Below, in pieces: positions 1-8,006 of a stretch of DNA of 64,000 bases (its first letter is position 1; each line of letters starts with the position of its first letter). Under the pieces are notes generated by a model that saw nothing but the letters and a program-made list of their open reading frames with translations, was not told the DNA's origin and did no database searches. The DNA lies in assembly GCA_963700635.1 (NCBI GenBank), contig CAVOYH010000003.1:448001-512000 (forward strand), written 5' to 3'. The DNA is from an uncultured Bacteroidota bacterium (GTDB lineage Bacteria; Bacteroidota; Ignavibacteria; UBA10030; UBA6906). The translations under genes and the position numbers were made by a program.

Positions 1-208
1 CGGGAAGTTTTCCCGTGCGTTTTAGCGACCGGATTTCATCTCGCGCCCGTTCGAGCGTCCGGAAGGGCCTTTCGAGCGTGCCCGGATTGTTGTCGTCCCC
101 TGCCGGAGCCACATAAAACCTATCCCTCACTTCCACGGTCCCGCTGCAGGCTGTCAGAAAGAGGCTTATCCCGACCACGAGAATGCGAGTCATTGTCCGT
201 CTGATCAT
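1..208 (-). CDS. 5' part of a right-handed beta-helix (GH141-like) lipoprotein; runs off the window; apparent +1 frameshift in the signal peptide
   Basis: Manual translation gives ...AFVVGISLFLTAC-SGTVEVRDRFYVAPAGDDNNPGTLERPFRTLERARDEIR (lipobox LTAC; FYVAPxGDDxNPGT motif). The ATG at 208 has a GGAGG RBS but is one base out of frame with this protein. Confidence 0.65.
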   Translation of the reverse strand, partial: MIRRTMTRILVVGISLFLTACSGTVEVRDRFYVAPAGDDNNPGTLERPFRTLERARDEIRSLKRTGKLP

Positions 209-237
209 GGTGGTGTACCTCCAATAGTGCTCATGGT

Positions 238-1872
238 TCATCCCGATGCCGGGATTCCCGTTGTTCGTGTTTCCAGCTCATTCCGTATTAATTCGACACG
301 GGAACGGGTGAGCGGGTAGAAGAGGATGACCACAATGCCAATCAGAAACCCGACCGGCTGTGTGATCACCAGGGCAAGCATCCAATACTGGATGGTCTCG
401 GGCGACTGCAGGATCAGGGCGGCATTAAACCCGGATGCTACCAGCAGAACACCCTGAAACAGCAGCGAGACTGACCACGCGATCTTTTCGGTGCTGGTGT
501 ACACGGCCCCGTAGAATCCCTCCCGCCGTTTTCCACATTGTAATTCATCATAATCGCATATGTCCGCGATCATGGAGTTGGTAATCATCGGCATGGTGTT
601 GGTGAAGACTCCGATCAATATGCCTGTCACAACACTGGGCCACTGCATGAAGAGTGTCCAGGAGGATCCGCCGAAGGAAAAGCTGTATCTGATGAAAGAT
701 TCTTCGCTGTTCGTGAACGTAAGCAGGAGCGACGCATAGGCCACTGCGCTCATCGCAAGCATGAGCACAAGTGTCATCTTTTTTCCCATACGGGCGGAGA
801 GGGAAGCCAGCGGTGCCATGGCCAGAAAACTGGCGATGTTGATCGTGTTAAAGAACACCGCAAGGAGCGCAGCCCCGGCAAGCTGCTCTCCCCTGCCGAT
901 ATGGTACACAAAGACGTAATAGAAGAATATCCCCGTCACAGCCATACCAAAGCGTGCAACAAAGTTGCTTGCGACCAGAAGCAGAAAAGGTCTGTTGCCG
1001 AGAGTCAACCGGACGGCATCACGCAGGCGAACCTTCGGCTCCTGCCTTGGTACCACGACCCGTTCTCTGCAAAAGAGCGAAGGAATTCCCGTGGCCAGGA
1101 TGACGATCGCAACGATGACGGCAACGGGGAAAACTCCCTGTGATCCTCGCAGCACCTGGGCCTGATCGCCTTCGAACCACATGCAGAGCGGCATCAGCCA
1201 CGGCGTCATAAATCCTGCTCCGGCAAAAAAGACGAAACGCCATTTGAAGAGATGAGTCCGTTCATCATAATCGGTGGTCATCTCGTATCCCATGGCGTAA
1301 TGCGGCACATTGAACAGCGTATACCCCAGCGCCATCAACAGCGTGATCATGAGTGTCAGGTAGAGGAATATCCGCCATTCCGATTCGATGGACCTTCCGG
1401 CGGTTCTCCACCACGAATCCTGCTCACGGGGCTCCGGTCCCGTGATGGAATCGTCGGTGGAAGGCGGGTCGGGACTCGCACTGTCAACAGTGGCTTCTCC
1501 CGGTGCGATGCTGGACTGTTGTGATACGGCGTTTTGTGGCGGCGCAGTCCAGAGCAGCACGCTCGAGGCGGAGCATATCAGAAGTCCGGCCAGCAACCAG
1601 GGACGGCGGCGGCCCCATCGCGAGCGGCTGTTATCTGAAAGATGGCCAATCAGCGGGTCCGTGAGTGAATCCAGGAGCCTGGGAATCGCACAGGCAAGAC
1701 CCACCAGCACGGCATTCACGCCGAGTGCGTTAACATAGACCGCGTTGACCATGCTGAAGACGCCATAAAGGATGGTGGCATCAGTGAAGCCTCCCAGCCC
1801 CCACATGAACCGCTTGTGACGTGGAACCTGATGAGTTGTTGTCCCATTCCCTCGGTGGCGATCTTTCACCAT
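238..1872 (-). CDS. MFS transporter, glycoside-pentoside-hexuronide (MelB-like) family
   Basis: DSLTDPLIGHLSDNSRSRWGRRRPW and MIADICDYDELQCGKRREG motifs; about 12 hydrophobic segments. Confidence 0.9.
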   Translation of the reverse strand: MVKDRHRGNGTTTHQVPRHKRFMWGLGGFTDATILYGVFSMVNAVYVNALGVNAVLVGLACAIPRLLDSLTDPLIGHLSDNSRSRWGRRRPWLLAGLLICSASSVLLWTAPPQNAVSQQSSIAPGEATVDSASPDPPSTDDSITGPEPREQDSWWRTAGRSIESEWRIFLYLTLMITLLMALGYTLFNVPHYAMGYEMTTDYDERTHLFKWRFVFFAGAGFMTPWLMPLCMWFEGDQAQVLRGSQGVFPVAVIVAIVILATGIPSLFCRERVVVPRQEPKVRLRDAVRLTLGNRPFLLLVASNFVARFGMAVTGIFFYYVFVYHIGRGEQLAGAALLAVFFNTINIASFLAMAPLASLSARMGKKMTLVLMLAMSAVAYASLLLTFTNSEESFIRYSFSFGGSSWTLFMQWPSVVTGILIGVFTNTMPMITNSMIADICDYDELQCGKRREGFYGAVYTSTEKIAWSVSLLFQGVLLVASGFNAALILQSPETIQYWMLALVITQPVGFLIGIVVILFYPLTRSRVELIRNELETRTTGIPASG

Positions 1873-1965
1873 GGTATTGTTTCCGGGAGTTGCTTTGGGG
1901 GGACTGCTGCCGTCGTACGTTCCGGGCTTTGTACAACCGACCCTTCGTTACGCTTTTGCTCCTAC

Positions 1966-2973
1966 CTAAAACAGTAATGGATATCGTCCGAACGCCTGGA
2001 AAGCCTCGCACATGATCCGGGTGTTCTCCTCAGGAATCCGGATTGCTTCCGGCTGGGGATAGGTCTTCGCCATGAACCCCCCACCCGTACTTCCGAAGGC
2101 CTTCATCAGGTGTTTGGCCTTCGCAGTTATCTCTTCAGGTGACCCCACCGGAAGTGTCGTCTGGATATCAACCGGACAGAAGAAACAGAGACGTCCGGCG
2201 AAGCGACGGGCCAGTTCATCAATGCCCATGTTGTCTTGCTGGTCGATCTGGAGAACGTCAACACCAATGTCAATAAAGTCTTCAATGATATTGATAATGT
2301 CGCCGCAACTATGGAGGAAGAAGTGCATCTTACGGGCATGACATGCGCCGACGACGGCAGCCATGCGTGATTTGAATACTTCCCGCCACAAATCAGGCGC
2401 AATGATCAAACGGTGCTGCAGACCCAGGTCTTCAATGGCTATCATGCCATTCGCGCCACGATCCGCAAAACTGTCAACCATGCGTAAACAGCTGTGCATC
2501 AACCGATCCGCCATCAGGGTTACTGCCCCGCGCTCCTTGAGAAGTGCAACCATCAGATGCTCGAACCCGAAGAGGTCCAGCATCTGTTGAAAAAGAAAAT
2601 GCGGAAACATCCCGAGGATGTATTTGTCGGGATTATGGCGGACAGTTTTCTCAAATGTGTCAAACCGGGCGGGTTGGCTGAAATCTGGCAGCTGATATGA
2701 TTGCACGCATGCAGGGTCCGACAGCGGAAACTCCGTAGCTTCTCCGAAGGTGGCTCCCGGACGATGGTACACAACTCCGAACTCATCCATGTACCGGTCG
2801 TTTCCCAGCGGGCGAGGGAAGACATCCCCGGCAGGCGCGGAAAACACCCACTCAAAGTCATCACCGTATCGTGCGGCAGTGACCGGTGTGCGGTTACTGT
2901 CAAAGTTGTACGGTATCCGATCTGGAGCGCGAAACTCGATGGCTCGCGTCACCAGGTCTTTGGAACTGGGCAT
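1966..2973 (-). CDS. Uroporphyrinogen decarboxylase/MtaA-CmuA family protein
   Basis: RAIEFRAPDRIP N-terminus; EDLG, HSCGDI, DIGVDVLQIDQ and PVDIQTTLP motifs. Start moved to ATG 2973 (MPSSKDLV). Confidence 0.85.
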   Translation of the reverse strand: MPSSKDLVTRAIEFRAPDRIPYNFDSNRTPVTAARYGDDFEWVFSAPAGDVFPRPLGNDRYMDEFGVVYHRPGATFGEATEFPLSDPACVQSYQLPDFSQPARFDTFEKTVRHNPDKYILGMFPHFLFQQMLDLFGFEHLMVALLKERGAVTLMADRLMHSCLRMVDSFADRGANGMIAIEDLGLQHRLIIAPDLWREVFKSRMAAVVGACHARKMHFFLHSCGDIINIIEDFIDIGVDVLQIDQQDNMGIDELARRFAGRLCFFCPVDIQTTLPVGSPEEITAKAKHLMKAFGSTGGGFMAKTYPQPEAIRIPEENTRIMCEAFQAFGRYPLLF

Positions 2974-3043
2974 GTGAGGGGATATCCGGGTGGATGCAGT
3001 TAACTTATGCCAGCGAAGGATAAATAGCAAGCTCCCCGACAGA

Positions 3044-3096
3044 CGCCGGTGTGCGGGGATTTAGTCGGGTCGACTCCCGCACACCACATCCCGGCG
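3044..3096. repeat. GC-rich imperfect hairpin at the distal boundary of the cassette-like array
   Basis: GGTGTGCGGG (3048-3057) pairs with CCCGCACACC (3076-3085); inner AGTCG/CGACT stem; alternative outer CGCCGG/CCGGCG pairing. Confidence 0.6.
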
Positions 3097-3120
3097 CCAT
3101 GAAGGTGCGCACATTCGAGG

Positions 3121-3876
3121 TCAGCGTTCGGCTATGACCAGCATCTCAAAATCTTCGGTTGTAAGAACGTCTTCCCTGGAGAATGCCCCGAGCCTTGCTC
3201 CATAAATGTTTATCGTTTTGAAATCCAGGGACTTTAGCAACCAGGTTATCTCGGAGGGGACATAATATCGTTCATTACATTCCAGGGTCCGTGTTTCCCC
3301 GGCATCATCGGTGAATGTGGTCAGGTTGTGGTCACGAAAAGTCATCAGGTCAAAGGTGTTCTTGTCGTACGAAGCGTTGCCTTCTTCTGCCGGGGCAGCA
3401 AGAAAGTCCTTCACCGAGTGGAACAGAGGGAAGAGGCCGTTCAGGGTCGTCATGATCAATTTCCCGTTACGCTTCAAAGCCCGGGAAGCATTCTGAAGTA
3501 TCAAATAGTTCATTTCGTCTGTTTCCATGAGGGGGAAGGCCCCTTCACAGATCATCATCGCCAGGTCAAATTCTGCGGTAAATGGCAGCTGTCTTGCATC
3601 ATGCTTTTGAAAGTCGATCGACAGCTTTTGCCCGGCGGCTTTTTCTCTCGCCCTCAGGAGCATTGAGTCGGAGAGATCGATCCCGGTCACGGTGTAGCCC
3701 CGTTTTGCTAATTCAATCGAGTGCCGGCCCGTACCGCAACCGATGTCCAGTATCCGGGTTTGCTTATTAAATCCGATCTCCTTTTCCAGGAAATCACATT
3801 CTCCGAGAGTCCCATGGGCAAAAGACTCGTTATCATACTTTTGTCCGTAATTACTAAAGAAGAGTTCATACCACAT
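3121..3876 (-). CDS. Class I SAM-dependent methyltransferase
   Basis: ILDIGCGTGRH motif I and VTGIDLS motif; gene ends in GCCGAAC (R''-like). Confidence 0.9.
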   Translation of the reverse strand: MWYELFFSNYGQKYDNESFAHGTLGECDFLEKEIGFNKQTRILDIGCGTGRHSIELAKRGYTVTGIDLSDSMLLRAREKAAGQKLSIDFQKHDARQLPFTAEFDLAMMICEGAFPLMETDEMNYLILQNASRALKRNGKLIMTTLNGLFPLFHSVKDFLAAPAEEGNASYDKNTFDLMTFRDHNLTTFTDDAGETRTLECNERYYVPSEITWLLKSLDFKTINIYGARLGAFSREDVLTTEDFEMLVIAER

Positions 3877-3917
3877 TGTCAGAATTCCAGAATTGTTTTT
3901 TGTCCGGGTACTACGTC

Positions 3918-3992
3918 GCCGAACGACCGAGCGCTGATACGTTTATGTCCGTTGCGCCAAAGCGATGAGGATGTAATCCGGATGACTTATGC
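3918..3992 (-). repeat. Degenerate attC-like site
   Basis: Cassette strand: GCATAAG overlapping the upstream gene's stop codon, then ...gcgctcggtc-GTTCGGC just before the methyltransferase. Confidence 0.45.
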
Positions 3993-4625
3993 GTTCCTTC
4001 CGTTCATTCGATTTCCCAACAGCAGCAGTCGCGTACTTAACGCAATGATATACAGACCCACTGCCGGCCCTGCATCGAACAGATCGCGCGTATCGGGCGG
4101 CCAGGGGAATGTCATCACATTCAGGACCATGAGCAGTATTCCAAGAAGTGCGGCAGGGACACTCCACCAGAGTCCAAAATGAGAATTTCCCTTCAGCGCG
4201 ATCGCGAGGAGCACCAGCGCAGTACCGATAAACAGGTCCCACGCGACATCAATGCCCATGTCTACCAGTCTGATCGATCGTCGTATGAGTTGCAGGAATT
4301 CCTGTTCGTTCGCCGGCGAACGCTCAATATACTCCTGAATGCCAGCCCGCACCGCGAGTTGCGATGACATCATCGCGGCAACAAGCGCAAACGCAAGACA
4401 GGCAAACACAAAGGCCAACTCGTTGGTTGCGCTCTGTTTTTCAAGTCCAATACAGCGAAAGAGTGAGTACACAAAGACGATTGACAGGATCGGCCATGCC
4501 ATGGCGAAGACATATGTGGCAATCTGAGGCAATGGCACGGTAATCGCTATGACGTAACACACTGTCCCTGCGATCCCGCATAGACCCCCGACAATGAAGA
4601 GACGCGAATACTCATGAGAGCTCAT
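3987..4625 (-). CDS. Hypothetical multi-pass membrane protein (DUF4386-like)
   Basis: 212 aa with about 6 hydrophobic helices. Confidence 0.7.
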   Translation of the reverse strand: MSSHEYSRLFIVGGLCGIAGTVCYVIAITVPLPQIATYVFAMAWPILSIVFVYSLFRCIGLEKQSATNELAFVFACLAFALVAAMMSSQLAVRAGIQEYIERSPANEQEFLQLIRRSIRLVDMGIDVAWDLFIGTALVLLAIALKGNSHFGLWWSVPAALLGILLMVLNVMTFPWPPDTRDLFDAGPAVGLYIIALSTRLLLLGNRMNGRNA

Positions 4626-5259
4626 CGTTCGTGTTCTCCGAACTGTTGGTGGTTTCAGGGAAGCCGGTGAACCGTTTCAAGACACTCAGGATGGAAACCA
4701 GCGATAGTGTTATCGCAGCACCCAGGAACGCCCATGTGGAGAAGCTTCCTAGGATTTGCTCTATGTGGAACAGGTCACCACGAGAGCCGGAAAGAAATGC
4801 AATAGACTCGCACACAAGATCAAACGCGGGCCTCAGGCACAGCAGCATGAAAACGAAACCGAGGGAAAAAGCTCTCCTGGGAAAACCCCGCCGGAGAACC
4901 AGTATGCCTGTAATAAGACACACGACATCCAGCATGTACGGAGAAGATGTCATAATGAGTTGTTGCCAGCTGTGGGTGAGGCCAACCGGAGTGATCCATG
5001 CCCTCCCGAACTCGCCGACCCAGAAACTTGGAATCAGCTTCATGTAGGTAACCTGACCACCAACCAGGTATGTTGCACCGGCGTGGCTCAACTCATGCAG
5101 GGGCGCGTAGGTAAGATACCACAGAATAGGGATGCTCAGGAGAGAGGGGATGGTAGCGCGTAGAGGCCAGTTTCCCCTCAGATACAGAAAAAGCAGAGGC
5201 GTGACGACCACCACCAGGATCTCGGACGTAATCAGCAACTGGTTATTCACGAGCCACAT
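4612..5259 (-). CDS. Membrane protein with HExxH motif (M50-like metalloprotease candidate)
   Basis: LHELSHA in a TM context and a later GD; overlaps the next gene by 14 bp. Confidence 0.65.
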   Translation of the reverse strand: MWLVNNQLLITSEILVVVVTPLLFLYLRGNWPLRATIPSLLSIPILWYLTYAPLHELSHAGATYLVGGQVTYMKLIPSFWVGEFGRAWITPVGLTHSWQQLIMTSSPYMLDVVCLITGILVLRRGFPRRAFSLGFVFMLLCLRPAFDLVCESIAFLSGSRGDLFHIEQILGSFSTWAFLGAAITLSLVSILSVLKRFTGFPETTNSSENTNDELS

Positions 5260-5314
5260 TCCTTCAATCTCAATTCCGATTGATTACTCCCCGGGCCGCT
5301 ACCACCTTGCCGTC

Positions 5315-6586
5315 CTAGAAGTTGAACTGGGTCCTGATTCCAATCAGTGACAGATCCACGGGCAGACCTTGAGCATGCCGGAGGTATTGCACATGGGTCG
5401 TTACATGCACCCATTTGTTGAGGTGATACCGCATGTAGAATTCAAAGAGCAGTTCATTCATCAGCGTTGCACTCGCAGGAGATGTTTCACCGTACGCCGC
5501 GGAGAACACAAGTTTGTCTTCGGAAAGAGATGTGATAAGCCTCGCTCCCACACTCCACGCCTTGGCGATTCCGAACCAACGTGCAAGTTTGGGTTCATTG
5601 TGATTCCATCGCGCAAAGATGGATAGGCCCGCCGGCATGTTCTGATCAAAACTCAAACCGTACCCATTCCCGTTCTCCGCTGACGGATGGAGATACCCAT
5701 ATATCCTTACATTGGCCTCATAGTCGTCATCCGGAAACACTTTAAACCCAACGCTACCCATTTTTATGAGCTCATTCAGGACATTGTCACCAGAGTTATC
5801 TGCACTGGAAAGGCCGAATTGAAGGTAGATACGGGAGAGCAGAGTCGATCGGACGCGTATGCCCGGTGTACTGCCCGGGGCCGGGAGTGCAGCACTGTTA
5901 ACAAACGCAGCGCTGATGAACTGGGACGTTTCGTCGTTAGCCACGCCGTTGTTATCGAAGTAATTTGTGAGATCGATCTTCCCGGCCGTCAGCGTCAGGT
6001 CCTCCTGCAGAAGGGAGAATTCCACCCACGCTTCACCGACCGTAAGACGGTCAAACCCGTCGTTGTCCTGGGTTGACCCGCCATCGGCATTAAGGGGCGT
6101 TAATGCACCGACGTGCTGGTCAGGTCCGTTTCCTCCGATTGCCTCGAAATCGAAAAAGAGCAGGGAGTTGCCGCCGAGGCTTGTGTGGGCAAGGATATTG
6201 AGGGATCCCGTAGCCGTCGTGAACCTTCCCGCCGGACGGGGGTTCCATTGAAAGATTGACGTTGCTCCCCCGTTAAACCGTAATTGCCCCGGACGCGCTG
6301 TAATCGCCTTGAGAAGCGCGTCGACCCGCTTCCGTTTTGAGCGTTGATCTGCCGGGGCGTCCACATCCTCCCCCGATAACGAGGCGAGAAGTTCGCTGAG
6401 ATCGATTCCTTCCGCCAGGCGTTGTTTTACGGTTTGCAGTTCGCTATCAATGGTGCGAAACTGTTGCCGCAATGAGTCAAGTTGATTCTCTAACCCAACA
6501 GTGCGAAGAATCTGCAGAGTATCAACATCCTGCCCGATGGCGGAAGATGTGATCAGAGCTATCAAGATCAAGGTACGCATAAGCAT
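5315..6586 (-). CDS. Carbohydrate-selective porin (OprB-like) with N-terminal coiled coil
   Basis: Signal peptide; GKIDLTNYFDNNGVANDETSQF motif; C-terminal aromatic beta-barrel signal (RTQFNF). Confidence 0.75.
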   Translation of the reverse strand: MLMRTLILIALITSSAIGQDVDTLQILRTVGLENQLDSLRQQFRTIDSELQTVKQRLAEGIDLSELLASLSGEDVDAPADQRSKRKRVDALLKAITARPGQLRFNGGATSIFQWNPRPAGRFTTATGSLNILAHTSLGGNSLLFFDFEAIGGNGPDQHVGALTPLNADGGSTQDNDGFDRLTVGEAWVEFSLLQEDLTLTAGKIDLTNYFDNNGVANDETSQFISAAFVNSAALPAPGSTPGIRVRSTLLSRIYLQFGLSSADNSGDNVLNELIKMGSVGFKVFPDDDYEANVRIYGYLHPSAENGNGYGLSFDQNMPAGLSIFARWNHNEPKLARWFGIAKAWSVGARLITSLSEDKLVFSAAYGETSPASATLMNELLFEFYMRYHLNKWVHVTTHVQYLRHAQGLPVDLSLIGIRTQFNF

Positions 6587-6636
6587 TCCCGGAAAGGCTG
6601 TATTTGACATTAATCTCTTTGAACTCACTACACCTG

Positions 6637-6700
6637 CCACAACACACCTCTATGCCTCTCCTCTTCAACACATGAGTGTGGACGCGGTGTTGCGTGTCAG
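6637..6700 (-). repeat. Possible attC-like site or half-site upstream of the porin gene
   Basis: Cassette-strand GTTGTGG core at 6637-6643; imperfect inverted repeat CTGCCACAACAC / GTGTTGCGTGTCAG. Confidence 0.35.
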
Positions 6701-6927
6701 GCGAAGCCGGTTGTTCATCGTGTGCGCGGTTTCTTCATATGCATACCCCGATCAAGACCCGGAGGCAGACCTTGAGGATATCGCGCAAACAACACAAACT
6801 CATTCCAAGGCCTGTCAGGATAATCGATGATTGGATCGTACGATCGGCTGCCTGCCGCGATCGGTCCACCAATGAGCCACATTCGTGACACCATGATCGG
6901 CTACAGCCCACCGGAGGACCCGTGCGA

Positions 6928-7503
6928 CTATTTCACCCGACGGTACGTCGTCTCGACCGCTTTTGCCTCCATCCCCTCAGGCGGGATATTATAGGCAGTG
7001 ATCGTCAGATGGTCATCATCCAGAAGTTCCACTTCCGTTCTCCAGCCCCATTTCGGTTGATGCTCACCAACGTCGTAGTCACCCCGTACGCTGAAGCCGC
7101 GTTCGGTAGCCTTGCCTTGCGAGAACATGATGGCGTAGTTCATGTGAAAGTCGTCCACCCATGAGGACTGAAACATATTAGTCACTGCGTTGAAGGCGAT
7201 CAACTCTTCGCCGTGTCGCGGTTTTCCCTGGATACTGCCTTCGTATGTGTGACGGAGAAACCGGCCTCCAAGGACTCCAGTGAACTCGCCGGTGACCTTC
7301 GACTCGTCAGCGAGCTTGCCCGGCTCGAACCAGGTTCGACAGTTCCCCTCCCATTTCCCCATCATGGACTGGAACAACGCTTTGTGCGGCATGGCTATCT
7401 CCTTGAGTGGAGTTGTTGGATCATTGTTCACTTCCTGTGCGCACGCAGAATTGCTGAATCCTATCAATGTCATTGTCAAGACCATGCGCTGGAGACTGTT
7501 CAT
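6928..7503 (-). CDS. DUF1579-family exported protein
   Basis: GKWEGNCRTWFEPG and SSWVDDFHM motifs; GGAGGAGG RBS before ATG 7503; signal peptide. Confidence 0.75.
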   Translation of the reverse strand: MNSLQRMVLTMTLIGFSNSACAQEVNNDPTTPLKEIAMPHKALFQSMMGKWEGNCRTWFEPGKLADESKVTGEFTGVLGGRFLRHTYEGSIQGKPRHGEELIAFNAVTNMFQSSWVDDFHMNYAIMFSQGKATERGFSVRGDYDVGEHQPKWGWRTEVELLDDDHLTITAYNIPPEGMEAKAVETTYRRVK

Positions 7504-7528
7504 GAAACCCCCTCCTCCCGGTGTATAC

Positions 7529-7939
7529 TTACATCTGTTGATGATAGAAGAACGTAAAAAGCAGAGTCTGGACAACGGCTATAAGCGCAAGCTGCCGGTA
7601 GAGACCGCCCAGTACCCGGATATCGTCAAAGGGCCATTTCTCAAGATGAGCGAAGTACGCCCGCCCGTCGATCGAAGCGAACGTCAGGATCGCGAGAACA
7701 GCCGGAAGAGGGTTGCCACTCCTGAAGCTGATATAGACAAGTCCACGGGCGGCAACATGAGGGAACAAGACCAATGCCCGCTCCAGTACCGACATCCAGG
7801 AAATACGTGTACTAAGAACTCCCCAGCCGATGATGAGCTTCCGCTCCACACCGAAGTACACAATGAGGATATAAACCTGGATTACGCCTATGGCAAGTGA
7901 TGCCAGGGTCGGGAGGAGTTTCTGAATCCTTGTATTCAT
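7529..7939 (-). CDS. Hypothetical membrane protein
   Basis: 136 aa ORF with hydrophobic segments, co-oriented with the array. Confidence 0.5.
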   Translation of the reverse strand: MNTRIQKLLPTLASLAIGVIQVYILIVYFGVERKLIIGWGVLSTRISWMSVLERALVLFPHVAARGLVYISFRSGNPLPAVLAILTFASIDGRAYFAHLEKWPFDDIRVLGGLYRQLALIAVVQTLLFTFFYHQQM

Positions 7940-8006
7940 GACAGTCGCGTGCTCGTGTGCACCTTTGAGGGAAGTTTCACGAGACTATCCCGGGCGCCAT
8001 GATCAT

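Noticed and set aside
186-234. TGA readthrough (selenocysteine or recoding) from ATG 234 into the GH141-like frame
   Set aside because: It needs two TGA readthroughs and gives a poor signal peptide; other genes here use TGA as stop, and a 1-bp indel explains it better.
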